Source: Gammaproteobacteria bacterium (GTDB lineage: Bacteria > Pseudomonadota > Gammaproteobacteria > G965277405). From it: a stretch of DNA of 64,000 bases. This document shows positions 41,448-51,265 of this stretch, in pieces (position 1 is the first letter of the stretch; each line of letters begins with the position of its first letter). The stretch covers positions 2,080,001 to 2,144,000 of the forward strand of contig OZ255726.1 of NCBI GenBank assembly GCA_965277405.1, written 5' to 3'. A program made the position numbers and the translations under genes. The notes below the pieces were generated by a model that made no database searches, was not told the origin of the DNA, and saw nothing but the letters and a program-made list of their open reading frames with translations.

Positions 41448-42509
41448 TTAGGCCTTATCACCGTATTCGCTTACATGTTTGGCAATGCGCTCGTTACTAC
41501 CATAGATAAAGTGGTTATCCATATTCTCGTAATAGCGTATTCCTGCAGGGTTTTTCCCCATTACTTTAGCAACTTCACGGATGTGCATGGGCGATGCTCC
41601 ACAACAGACTCCCAAATATTTAATGTCGTGTTGCCAACAGGTTGAAGCAAAATCCTTAATTTCATAGCGGTTGACGTATAGCGGGTCAAGCGCTGTTGGA
41701 AATGTACGACCGTGTGGCGCAGGGCAACTGCATCCATGGCTATCAGATAAATTAAAGAACGTGGGTTCTTGCTCTGTGGTGCGGTATGGTATTGGTAGGG
41801 CAGCTACATGGCATTTGAGTTGTTTGCGTACTGCTAATATGTACGGAAGCATCGTGTTTGGACCGCGAAAGCAGTTCATGCCAACAACCTTGGCGCCTCG
41901 AGCTTCAAGTTCTTTACACGTGTCGATAATATCCCAATCATCACGCATTTTATTCTCACCCATTGGTGCAATGGTGAGTACAGCTTCGATCCCAGCTTTT
42001 TGCATCACATCAAGCGCGCAGAATGCTTCTTCTGCATAGTAAAAGGTTTCGCCAATCGCAAAATCTGCACCTTCTTCGATTGCCCAGCCGATCATTTCTT
42101 CAAACATTGCTCGGACTTGTTGTTGTGCCTTTGTATCTGTTGGGTGCCAAATGTTTGTGTTCGAAATGTTCCCAGCGAGTAAATTTGGCTCTGCACCTTT
42201 TGGCACATCATTGGCAACTTCTCGTGCAATTTGTAAAGCAGCACGGTTGAGTGGTTCAAGCAGGTCTTCTTTGTTAATCACTCGCATTTTCTCGCGGTGG
42301 CCATTGTAGGTAAACGCCTCTACAACATCTGAACCTGCAAATTGAAAATCTTTGTGTAAATTGCGTAACGCTTCTGGGTGTTCTAATGCCAGCTCAGGGA
42401 CAAATTCCCCAGAGGTTAAATATCCTCGGCGCTCCATTTCAAACAAAAACCCTTCGGCACAAACAACACCGTCCTGGTCGAGCCGAGTTAGTAAATCACG
42501 TTTTTCCAT
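41448..42509 (-). CDS. Homocysteine S-methyltransferase family protein (BHMT-like)
   Basis: FEMERRGY, FVPE, AGSDV, FTY, Zn-ligand motifs GMNC and GVCCG, TFPTALDP. Confidence 0.88.
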   Translation of the reverse strand: MEKRDLLTRLDQDGVVCAEGFLFEMERRGYLTSGEFVPELALEHPEALRNLHKDFQFAGSDVVEAFTYNGHREKMRVINKEDLLEPLNRAALQIAREVANDVPKGAEPNLLAGNISNTNIWHPTDTKAQQQVRAMFEEMIGWAIEEGADFAIGETFYYAEEAFCALDVMQKAGIEAVLTIAPMGENKMRDDWDIIDTCKELEARGAKVVGMNCFRGPNTMLPYILAVRKQLKCHVAALPIPYRTTEQEPTFFNLSDSHGCSCPAPHGRTFPTALDPLYVNRYEIKDFASTCWQHDIKYLGVCCGASPMHIREVAKVMGKNPAGIRYYENMDNHFIYGSNERIAKHVSEYGDKA

Positions 42510-42713
42510 GGTTGTATCTTGATTATCTTACAGTAAAAATTTAGCTCCTGAACACGCAACACCGATGACACCTAAACAGCATCTTCTTGCAGCTTCCAAG
42601 GCTAAGCAGGGCAAATTGTAACCAAAGGTGTAGAATTGCATACCCCAAGTTGAAAAAATGGCGTACAAATCTTGTCGTCTAGCTTTGCAGAATACAACTG
42701 TTTTACCGCGATA

Positions 42714-43727
42714 TTACTTAAGCCATGATGAGAGTTTCTTTGATGATTGGGGACGGTATTTTTTTATGATTTTCATAAAATCAGCAATGAGTGCATCTTG
42801 CTTTTCACTAGGTAAAGCCAGGTTCATGATAGTGCTGATGTACAAATGCTGCATTGCTGCGGTCAATGGTGATGCTAATGCTTGCGGCAGTGCTGCTGCG
42901 GAGGTTGTCGCGCGGCGTTGTTGCTTGTGTTGTTGCGCAGCAAGTGTTGCCCCGGCAAATGCAGAAAATACTGAGCCTGGGATGCTGCGGAGTACTTCGC
43001 TGTCTTGCGGATGGAGTCGCTGGATGAAGGTGTTGTTTGCTAGTATTGCGTAGGTTTGTCGAGGAAAATACTCAGCGCTATAGCTGCTATATTGCTGATT
43101 AAACCCGTCCAGTTGTGCTGACGAATAGTCCAAAAATAATGTGTTCATATCAGCAGTACCGAACAGCGTTAATAATTCTTTGCTTGCCACAAGTGTGCTG
43201 GTAAACCCGCTATTTGCCAATCCCAGTGCAACCGATTGATTGCTGGTGATCAGCTGCACGTCTTTTGTTGTGAATATTGGTTGTTTGGAATATAGCAACA
43301 TGGGCTCACCTGCAACCAATGCCAATACTGTGGTGTTGCCATATGCTGTCGTCAGCTTAAAGTAGCGCTGATATATCGACCACAGTGCATATGAAACACT
43401 GGCAGCATCGGCAGCTACGCTAGCAATGAGGGTCATCGTCGTGGTGCGAAAACGTTCTGGATAGTCACTATGGCGGATCACCGCTATATCGGCTGCGTCG
43501 GCAGCAAATAATTGCCAAATATCATTGATGGTTGGTGGCAACAGCTGATAATCACCAATATATCCTGCGCTGATACGGTTAATGTTGCCGAAATACTGGG
43601 GCATTACAGCAGTGAGCAAGATATGTTGTTGGGGCAGGGTGGATGCAACACGAATGGGTGCTGCCAAACTGAGGCTGGCAACAGCAAACAGGGTGAATGA
43701 GATGAGCGTGTAAGACAGGGTTTTCAT
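42714..43727 (-). CDS. Secreted protein, divergent TRAP DctP-like substrate-binding protein
   Basis: Signal peptide, IRVASTLPQQH N-terminus, SKQPIFTTKDV, suitable length; conserved motifs are eroded. Confidence 0.5.
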   Translation of the reverse strand: MKTLSYTLISFTLFAVASLSLAAPIRVASTLPQQHILLTAVMPQYFGNINRISAGYIGDYQLLPPTINDIWQLFAADAADIAVIRHSDYPERFRTTTMTLIASVAADAASVSYALWSIYQRYFKLTTAYGNTTVLALVAGEPMLLYSKQPIFTTKDVQLITSNQSVALGLANSGFTSTLVASKELLTLFGTADMNTLFLDYSSAQLDGFNQQYSSYSAEYFPRQTYAILANNTFIQRLHPQDSEVLRSIPGSVFSAFAGATLAAQQHKQQRRATTSAAALPQALASPLTAAMQHLYISTIMNLALPSEKQDALIADFMKIIKKYRPQSSKKLSSWLK

Positions 43728-43954
43728 TTTATTATTTGTTATATTTACTTGTTGTAGTTGCATTTAATTGATGCAGTTGTGGCTTGTTATAATTCGGTTA
43801 ATACAAGCCAGTTTACCCGCAAATAACGTGGGATACTGTTATAGCATAGGGTATTTACCGCACTCTGTGTTAAAATTGACAAAGATGCTGGCATTGTCTA
43901 AATCTAAAATAACATTGCCAGCAGCTCTTGGCATGGCTTGGCAAGTGTGTTGAG

Positions 43955-44001
43955 GCAATTTCTGCTTAACTCGCTCCATCATGGACTTAATCAGCGCTTG
44001 T
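43955..44001. repeat. 47-bp mini form of the MITE
   Basis: GCAATTTCTGCTTAAC-TCGCTCCATCATGGA-CTTAATCAGCGCTTGT followed by TTAG, which contains the stop of the ABC ATPase. Confidence 0.8.
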
Positions 44002-44616
44002 TTAGAGCAAAATTGTTCGCTCTGATTGGTCGGCTGCATCGTGGGTTACCACAATGCAGGGAATTTGACGGTGGCGTATATGTGCATATACAAAGTTGCG
44101 TATTTCTTGGCGCAAGTGACTGTCGAGTGCATTAAATGGTTCGTCTAGTAACGCAACAGTAGGGTTGGACAATAGCATGCGCATCAGAGAAATGCGTGAC
44201 TTTTGACCGCCAGAAAGCTGCTGAGTTGCTCGATTTGCGTAATGGTCAAGCTGGATAGTAGCCAACGCTTCCATAGCCATAGCCTGCCGTTGTGCGCCGC
44301 GTACGGACGCAGGTATTGCAAACAATAGATTGTCTATTACGCTCATGTGCGGAAACAATAAATCGTCTTGAAACAACATGCCAACGTTGCGTTTATACGG
44401 TGGTAGTTGTTGTAAATCAGTGCCATTTAAACAAATAGTGCCGGTTGCATGCACTGCTGGGAGCAGCGTTCCGGCAATCCACTGGAGTAATGTCGACTTA
44501 CCGCAGCCGCTTTTTCCCATTAATGTCACAATTTCCCCTGATGCAACTGTTAAAGAAAAACCATCGAAAAGCTGATGGCTGCCTGCACGAATTGCGACGT
44601 CGTTGAGTTGTAACAT
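44002..44616 (-). CDS. ABC ATPase (YnjD-like)
   Basis: MGKSGCGKSTLL, FQDDLLFPHMSV, LSGGQ, LLDEPF, VTHD. Confidence 0.88.
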   Translation of the reverse strand: MLQLNDVAIRAGSHQLFDGFSLTVASGEIVTLMGKSGCGKSTLLQWIAGTLLPAVHATGTICLNGTDLQQLPPYKRNVGMLFQDDLLFPHMSVIDNLLFAIPASVRGAQRQAMAMEALATIQLDHYANRATQQLSGGQKSRISLMRMLLSNPTVALLDEPFNALDSHLRQEIRNFVYAHIRHRQIPCIVVTHDAADQSERTILL

Positions 44617-46343
44617 TATTGTTGTTTTGTTTGCATAAGCGGGAAGAAATGGGTACTGCAATACTGTGCGAGTATGCTTAGGATAAATGGGACGACCGCC
44701 AGCCACACAACAAGACCGCCAATAATTCTTCGGTCAAGCGAGCTCCCTTGCGCTACTAACGATGTCATCAAGGTTTGTATGCGCCCATCACCAATAAAAA
44801 ATGTCGGTAAGAATAAATGAAAACTCACAGTTACCCCCAGCACAAATGCAAACAGTAATGGTTTGAGTAATAGTGGTAATGTTACCGAATACCACACAAT
44901 ACATGGATGCTTGCCAAGTAATTGCGCTGTTTGTGCATAGCGGCTGTCAAATTTTTTATATGCTTGCTGCAACAATAAATACTGAAACGGCATTGTGAAA
45001 AAAAAGTGTGACCATATCAGTCCTATATAGCTGCCGCTGGTTTGGGTATGCAGGGTTAATGAATACAGCCCAGGTACCAAGATTATCTGTGGCAGGATTA
45101 ATGGAATATACGCAATGATAGTATGCAGTGGTTTATTGCTGCGTTGTAACTCAAACGTTGCAGTGACCACCACTAGACTAAGGAATGCGCTGACGCTGCC
45201 AATCAACAATGATTGACTCAATAACTGTAGACATTGCTCATGCAAAAGATATGCATAGCTGTACTGGAGTGGAATAATGTTTGGATAGCGCCACTCCCAA
45301 ACGAACGACCAGACAACCATAATCAACGCAAGAAAGTAGGCTGCTAATATTAGCAATACCAGCAACGATAGCCCGCCGCGATATATTCCTGTTTCGCCAA
45401 AACGGCGTCCTTGACGAATCCAACAATAAAACAAGGAGCGCCAGCATCGTTGCAGCAATAAGAACCCGGCGATTGTCAGCGCAACCAAGCCAAGCAATAG
45501 GATTCCACCAGCAGCGCTCATATGTTCAAATTGTGCGCTGATAAGTGGGTCAAATGATGCATTGGTGGACCATTCCCAAAGCAGTACCCCAATGAGAGGC
45601 TGGCGGTTTTGGGTGCTTAATGTTGCAACTTCTACATTGCTGAGGACAAATATAAAAACAATAAGCAGCGGTAGCTTGATACGCGTATAGATATCCGGCA
45701 TCAATAAATACAACATTGATTGCCAGCGGTTATATCCTAAAGAGCTTCCTAGCATCAGCATTTTATGCACTGGTAGGGTGGTGCAAAAAATACTTGCAAG
45801 TACCAGCAAGTATAATGTCTCTTTGCCCACCATCACCAATAAATAGCCAATACCATTTGCAAGCGGCCAAGCTGCAATATCAGCATGAATACCAACGCTA
45901 TGCAATACTCGCGCCAGTAGTCCTTGTGAGCCAAATACAAATCCTAGGCCAAATGTGAGGTGCACATGGGCTATAATGAGTATGCCTATTAAACTGATCA
46001 AACAAACACGCTGTGTCGCGCTGTTAGTTGTTGCCCAATAACCAAATACACAAGTGACAATACTACAAACAAGTAACAAAGAAATGCCAGTTGCAGCAAC
46101 AGTCAACAACCATGATTGCAATATACTTGCCCACCACGTAGAATTAGTTAAAACGGCATAAAAAGAGTCACTAGACCACCGCGAAATAACTATGCCCATT
46201 TCGATTTTTTCAATTGACTGAAAAGCAGGAGCAAGGCACAACCACAATGCAAATCCACATGGTAATGTGACAACACAATGAAAAATATAATTGTCTTTTT
46301 CCCTAAAAAACTGCAAAATTTCTGCAAAAAATTTGCCAATCAT
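44616..46343 (-). CDS. Double-domain ABC permease (YnjC/ThiP-like)
   Basis: Two TM repeats with SLGY..WQ and AQLLG loops; translationally coupled to the ATPase. Confidence 0.78.
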   Translation of the reverse strand: MIGKFFAEILQFFREKDNYIFHCVVTLPCGFALWLCLAPAFQSIEKIEMGIVISRWSSDSFYAVLTNSTWWASILQSWLLTVAATGISLLLVCSIVTCVFGYWATTNSATQRVCLISLIGILIIAHVHLTFGLGFVFGSQGLLARVLHSVGIHADIAAWPLANGIGYLLVMVGKETLYLLVLASIFCTTLPVHKMLMLGSSLGYNRWQSMLYLLMPDIYTRIKLPLLIVFIFVLSNVEVATLSTQNRQPLIGVLLWEWSTNASFDPLISAQFEHMSAAGGILLLGLVALTIAGFLLLQRCWRSLFYCWIRQGRRFGETGIYRGGLSLLVLLILAAYFLALIMVVWSFVWEWRYPNIIPLQYSYAYLLHEQCLQLLSQSLLIGSVSAFLSLVVVTATFELQRSNKPLHTIIAYIPLILPQIILVPGLYSLTLHTQTSGSYIGLIWSHFFFTMPFQYLLLQQAYKKFDSRYAQTAQLLGKHPCIVWYSVTLPLLLKPLLFAFVLGVTVSFHLFLPTFFIGDGRIQTLMTSLVAQGSSLDRRIIGGLVVWLAVVPFILSILAQYCSTHFFPLMQTKQQ

Positions 46344-46358
46344 TATTGAGATCTTCCT

Positions 46359-47018
46359 ATGTTATTATTCATTCAAGCTATCAACCAAAAGTTACTTTCC
46401 CTTCTTATCGGGAAAAACACCTTACTGCAAGCGCTTTTCTGCTTTGGATTGTTATTAGCTACGACAAGTATTCAAGCAGCCGGGGCTGTTGGTATTAGCT
46501 TTGGTTTAGGTGATGCAAAGTCTAATACTGATAACAAACGCTTTACTGGTTTTGTGCCGATTACTTTCTATTATGCTATAACCTCGACAGATAACTGGCC
46601 TCTTGAGTTTGGAATAAGTCAATTTGGTGATATTAGCTTCACAGAAAATGATGTGAAAGAACAAGCAAGCTATGCTGGGATATATGTTGCGATGCGGCGG
46701 TTGTTTCAAATTGATGATGCATATTTCTCATACTTGAAGTTTGGTGCTGGATATTGGAATGGTAGCCTAGAGCGGCTTAATGTTAAATCAAGCACTGTTA
46801 ATCCGTCTACCATCAACAAAGTATCAGGGAATGGGTTGTCTCCAATTTTTGGCGCAGGTGTAGATATTGTGTACGCGGAAGATATTGGGTTGCGCATCGA
46901 AGTCGAACACATCCCAAATATTGGAGCAGGGTTGTTTCAAAAAAGTGGCGCGGAAAATTTTACTTCTGACGGATATGATTTTACCAGAGTTAATATTGGG
47001 GTGATTGTCGCTCTTTAA
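46359..47018 (+). CDS. Outer-membrane beta-barrel protein (OmpA-like TM domain)
   Basis: Signal-like segment, amphipathic strands YLKFGAGYW, SPIFGAGV, IGLRIEVE. Confidence 0.65.
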   Translation: MLLFIQAINQKLLSLLIGKNTLLQALFCFGLLLATTSIQAAGAVGISFGLGDAKSNTDNKRFTGFVPITFYYAITSTDNWPLEFGISQFGDISFTENDVKEQASYAGIYVAMRRLFQIDDAYFSYLKFGAGYWNGSLERLNVKSSTVNPSTINKVSGNGLSPIFGAGVDIVYAEDIGLRIEVEHIPNIGAGLFQKSGAENFTSDGYDFTRVNIGVIVAL

Positions 47019-47670
47019 TGCGCATATTGTGATACAACAAGCCACAGTTACCCCAACGACAAATCCGTGGTTATTCGGCGTAATTGTGTGTACTGCAGTC
47101 ATTCACTTGGTTGGCATGTTGTTGCCAATCAATACGGCGACACAACTCAACCCACTTGAGTGGTATGGAGCAGCTTGGCTGCCTGCAATTGTCAATGATC
47201 ATGAATGGTATCGGTTATTAACAGCTATCTTCCTGCACGCTGATTTTGCTCATTTAGCGTTTAACATGGTGGCGTTGTTATTATTTGGCTCGACGATAGA
47301 AAGGGTGTTTGGGGGCCGATGCTTTGTTGCTATATATCTAGGGTGTGGAGTTGCTGCAAACGGCGCAACGATGGCGTATACATATTTTCTCAACCCAAGC
47401 AGTACCATGTTTTTGCTTGGTGCATCTGGGGCGATTATGGCGATGCTTGGCTGTACCTTAGCACTCGTATATGCCCATCGAAAAAACCCAAATGCAAGGC
47501 TGGTGTTGCAGCGTATTGGGATGATTGTTGCCTTGCAAGTTGTTTTCGATATGGTATTCCCACATAACAGTATGGTCACTCATATCAGTGGATTTTTGTT
47601 TGGCAGTTTGTGTGGATTGGTATTACCACGGTTACTGCATCGGCACAAAACAGCGCATGGCACATTGTAG
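47005..47670 (+). CDS. Rhomboid intramembrane protease
   Basis: WYRLLTAIFLH, HLAFN, GASG, HISG. Confidence 0.92.
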   Translation: MSLFNAHIVIQQATVTPTTNPWLFGVIVCTAVIHLVGMLLPINTATQLNPLEWYGAAWLPAIVNDHEWYRLLTAIFLHADFAHLAFNMVALLLFGSTIERVFGGRCFVAIYLGCGVAANGATMAYTYFLNPSSTMFLLGASGAIMAMLGCTLALVYAHRKNPNARLVLQRIGMIVALQVVFDMVFPHNSMVTHISGFLFGSLCGLVLPRLLHRHKTAHGTL

Positions 47671-48817
47671 CGTTATAGGCGCGGGAATAGCAGGAGCACT
47701 TACTGCAGGTTTACTGCAACGCCAAGGGATAACTGTTGCAATATATGAACAGCAAACACGCGCGGTGCTTAGCCAATACGATGCCAATTCGTTCTCGCCT
47801 CAAGTGATTGCGATAGGAGTAAAAAACTGGCAACGTCTCAAGGACTGGGGAGTGGTTGCTTATCTCGATGAATCACGCTGCACATCATTTAGCGAGATGC
47901 AGGTCTTTGATAATGAATCAGGGGCGACCACAAATATATGTTGTAACCGCTGCGGCGTGCCAATGCTTGCTGTCGTCTGTGAAACCGCACACATATTGCA
48001 CGCATTATACCGCTGGTTGGATGACTTGAACGTTGCTATGTGTTTTGAGCACGTAGTCAGTGATATCAGTAACCCACAGGAATTTACGGTGACTCATAAT
48101 GGTGAAAACAAAACAGTGCGCAGCGACTGCACCGTGTTGGCACAAAATAATACTCAATTGTTGCAGTCGGCGGGATTTCGCTACCAGCCGAACTGTTTTC
48201 ATCGCGATCAAAGAGCAGTCGTCTGTGTTGTAGACGCTGGCAGCCATGCAGATATTGCCCATCAATGGATGGGCAGCAATGGCATTCTTGCCTGGCTACC
48301 ACTGGCTGATGGCAATACCCGTCAGGCAGCAATTGTTTGGTCAATGAATAGCGCACAGGCGCATACAATGCAGCAATTAAACGACGCGCAGTTTGCATCA
48401 CAACTTGGTTATGCGAGTAATAATACGTTTGGATTACCGACAATTATCAGTCCACGTAAACAATTTATTGTGCGTCAACAGCACTTGCAGCGATATGTTA
48501 TTGATAACACTATTGCGATGGGTGATGCGGCGCATCAATTGTTACCACTTGCCGGGCAAGGGGCGAATATCGCAATAACAGACGCGGCAATACTCAGCGA
48601 GGAATTCGATATAGATTGCATTACTGACAGTTTTACTCGTTGGCAAGCGCTTCGCCATCGCAGCAATACTTTACATCTTGGGCTGATGCGTGGCATTGAC
48701 GAAACCTTTCATCAAACACGCTCACGGCTACCACAACAACTACGCACAACAGCGCTACGAGCTTTTGATACTTTGCCCATCTTCCAATCAGCAGCGCACC
48801 ACTGGATGAATCAGTAA
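47657..48817 (+). CDS. UbiH/UbiI/UbiF-family FAD monooxygenase
   Basis: VIGAGIAG, LAWLPL, IVWS, GDAAHQLLPLAGQGAN; start trimmed to MAHC. Confidence 0.85.
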   Translation: MAHCSVIGAGIAGALTAGLLQRQGITVAIYEQQTRAVLSQYDANSFSPQVIAIGVKNWQRLKDWGVVAYLDESRCTSFSEMQVFDNESGATTNICCNRCGVPMLAVVCETAHILHALYRWLDDLNVAMCFEHVVSDISNPQEFTVTHNGENKTVRSDCTVLAQNNTQLLQSAGFRYQPNCFHRDQRAVVCVVDAGSHADIAHQWMGSNGILAWLPLADGNTRQAAIVWSMNSAQAHTMQQLNDAQFASQLGYASNNTFGLPTIISPRKQFIVRQQHLQRYVIDNTIAMGDAAHQLLPLAGQGANIAITDAAILSEEFDIDCITDSFTRWQALRHRSNTLHLGLMRGIDETFHQTRSRLPQQLRTTALRAFDTLPIFQSAAHHWMNQ

Positions 48818-48910
48818 TCAGTATTGCAAGGCGTATGCTGAAGATAACAAGCGCTCACAGCCTGTTGCGGTCATGGTCAGGTCCAAATGAATGTATGCTT
48901 TTGTTATTTT

Positions 48911-48935
48911 CATCAGCAACTTAATCAGAGCTTCC
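48911..48935. mobile_element. MITE end overlapping the 3' end of the pilW-like gene
   Basis: CATCAGCAACTTAATCAGAGCTTCC; encodes GSSD* on the minus strand. Confidence 0.8.
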
Positions 48936-49490
48936 ATAAGGCAAAATGGCAATAGTGATTGATTCACTGGCGACTGGTGTATCAACAAACAGTCGGATAT
49001 GTTGCGGGTTTTGTATTGTTGCCACCCAATGATGTCCGTCAAAACCTTCAGCATTGAATGCTGCTACAAAGTCCACCAAGTTAGCGCTGGTACCATTGGA
49101 TCTGCAATTGAATTGTTGTGTAGTCGCATCGACAACCGCAAATGCATTGACAATTAAGGCTTGGTCGTTGAGCATGCTCCGATTGCCCAAACAATTTGCA
49201 TCTCCAAGATAGTCACCTAAACGAAAGGTATGGAAAGTCACTAAAGGATAGCTACTACCAACATGCAAATTAGTAACGCCTGAGCTGTTGACGCTCTGGC
49301 TATATTGCAATATCAACCCAAACACTGCACGGACAGTGGACTGATGAGCAATCAACTCATGGATGCGCTTGGCGGTACGGTTGAATTGAATGACCGCCTC
49401 TGAGGCAAACACCATAATCAATGCGGCAATACTCAGCGCTATCAACATTTCACATAACGTAAAGCCGTGTTGTGTTTTCGTAATAGCCAC
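48921..49490 (-). CDS. Prepilin-type protein (PilW-like)
   Basis: QHG|FTLCEMLIALSI type IV pilin leader; GTG start inferred just after the upstream stop. Confidence 0.75.
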   Translation of the reverse strand: MAITKTQHGFTLCEMLIALSIAALIMVFASEAVIQFNRTAKRIHELIAHQSTVRAVFGLILQYSQSVNSSGVTNLHVGSSYPLVTFHTFRLGDYLGDANCLGNRSMLNDQALIVNAFAVVDATTQQFNCRSNGTSANLVDFVAAFNAEGFDGHHWVATIQNPQHIRLFVDTPVASESITIAILPYGSSD

Positions 49491-49491
49491 A

Positions 49492-49860
49492 TTACCAATA
49501 GTACATGACAAAGCGGAGTTGCTGCTGTTGGATTTCAACACATGCTGTTGCTTGACACGTGGAAAATCTTTGCAACAGTAATTTACTGCTATTGCCTTGG
49601 CTGCCATCGATGCGCCATTGATTTATTGCCGAGTAGGCATGGATAGCAGCCTGTTGTTGAAATCTTGCTTGTTGTAATTGGTTATTGGCGAGATGAAAAA
49701 ACGCATATGAAACGGCAACATATATAGAAAATATACTCAGCGCAACCAATGCTTCAATGATGGTTGTGCCTTGCTGACGCTGTGGATATTGGTGTTGGGT
49801 AATCTGCTGGTGTCGCCGTGTTTTTCGCAATTGAGCGTAATGAAGCGCAGCAATAACCAT
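49492..49860 (-). CDS. Prepilin-type protein (PilV-like)
   Basis: QQG|TTIIEALVALSIF. Confidence 0.7.
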   Translation of the reverse strand: MVIAALHYAQLRKTRRHQQITQHQYPQRQQGTTIIEALVALSIFSIYVAVSYAFFHLANNQLQQARFQQQAAIHAYSAINQWRIDGSQGNSSKLLLQRFSTCQATACVEIQQQQLRFVMYYW

Positions 49861-49967
49861 GCAGAAACTCTGTTTAATTTGGATTACCCCAAGCTACCTA
49901 AGTGTATCCAAGATTGCCAGTAAACGGCAAGCTGGCTGAGAATTACGGCGAAGTGCTAGCTGAAGTG

Positions 49968-51263
49968 CTACCAAGTGTTAAAAACATGTTGCGCAGCATC
50001 AATTGTCATGGCGATGTCTGCTTGTTGATGGCTGAGGCTGATAAACCCTGCTTCAAATGGTGATGGTGCAAAGTAAATACCTTGAGCTAACATCCCTTGA
50101 AAAAACTTGACGAATGATGGAATGGATGAGTCATTTACCGCAGCAAATGTTTGCGGTAATGCCTCACAAAAAAACAAGCCAAACATCCCGCCAATTGCTT
50201 GATAGCACATGGGGATGCCAGCTGTGGCTGCTGCGGCGACAATGCCTTGGCAGAGTGTATTCGCAGCAGCATCTAACTGTTTGTAACTGCTGTTATCGAG
50301 CTGTTGTAGTGCTTGTAGACCTGCGGCCATGGCTAATGGATTGCCTGAGAGTGTGCCTGCTTGATAGACATCACCAACAGGTGCCAAGTGCTGCATGATT
50401 TCGCGTTTGCCTCCAAATGCACCAACAGGTAGGCCGCCGCCTATAATTTTACCAAAACACACCATGTCTGGAACGACTCCACAAGCAGTTTGGATGCGCT
50501 GAGCCGCACCACCTGCAGCAACACGAAATCCAGACATTACCTCATCAAAAATTAATACGCTGCCGTGGATATCACATAATGCGCGTAAGCGGACGATAAA
50601 ATTAGTATCTGCAGCAATCATGTTCATGTTGCCGGCAATAGGTTCTAGAATGACAGCGCCAATATTCCCAGCGTAATTTGTAAAAGCCTCTTCAATTGAT
50701 GCAATGTCGTTGTATTGGCATAAGATAGTGTCGGCGACTGCATTTTTCGGTACACCTGCTGAGTTTGGTTTGCCAAGTGTCAGCAGTCCAGAACCAGCTG
50801 CCACCAACATACAATCGCTGTGTCCATGATAGCAACCGCTGCATTTGATGATTTTGTCTTTGCCACTAAAGCCCCGCGCCAAGCGGACGGCACTCATTGT
50901 CGCTTCAGTGCCTGAGTTGACCATGCGAATTTGCTCAATTGCAGCAATTCGTTGACAAATTGTGTGAGCAAGCTGTACTTCTAAAACATGTGGAGCACCA
51001 AAACCTACTCCTTTTGCAGCTTGTTGTTGAATGGCTGCAACAATGCTAGGGTTAGCATGGCCGGTGATCATCGCCCCCCATGAGCACACATAATCAATAT
51101 AGCGTATTCCCTCTACGGAAAACACATATGCGTCTTTGCCATGGTCGAAGAATACAGGCGTTCCGCCAACCGCAGCAAAGCCACGAACAGGAGAGTTCAC
51201 CCCGCCTGGAATATATGCTAGCGCTTGGTTAAACCATTGCGTAGAGCTGTTGTTGCTAGGCAA
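49968..51263 (-). CDS. hemL: Glutamate-1-semialdehyde 2,1-aminomutase
   Basis: PGGVNSPVR, NSGTEATM, YHGHSD, FDEVMSGFR, GKIIGGGLP, YQAGTLSGNP; TTG start inferred. Confidence 0.96.
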   Translation of the reverse strand: MPSNNSSTQWFNQALAYIPGGVNSPVRGFAAVGGTPVFFDHGKDAYVFSVEGIRYIDYVCSWGAMITGHANPSIVAAIQQQAAKGVGFGAPHVLEVQLAHTICQRIAAIEQIRMVNSGTEATMSAVRLARGFSGKDKIIKCSGCYHGHSDCMLVAAGSGLLTLGKPNSAGVPKNAVADTILCQYNDIASIEEAFTNYAGNIGAVILEPIAGNMNMIAADTNFIVRLRALCDIHGSVLIFDEVMSGFRVAAGGAAQRIQTACGVVPDMVCFGKIIGGGLPVGAFGGKREIMQHLAPVGDVYQAGTLSGNPLAMAAGLQALQQLDNSSYKQLDAAANTLCQGIVAAAATAGIPMCYQAIGGMFGLFFCEALPQTFAAVNDSSIPSFVKFFQGMLAQGIYFAPSPFEAGFISLSHQQADIAMTIDAAQHVFNTW

Positions 51264-51265
51264 GG

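Noticed and set aside
43768-44135. ORFs 43768-43953, 43839-44039 and 43938-44135
   Set aside because: Short, no recognisable product or RBS, and partly read through the mini-MITE.
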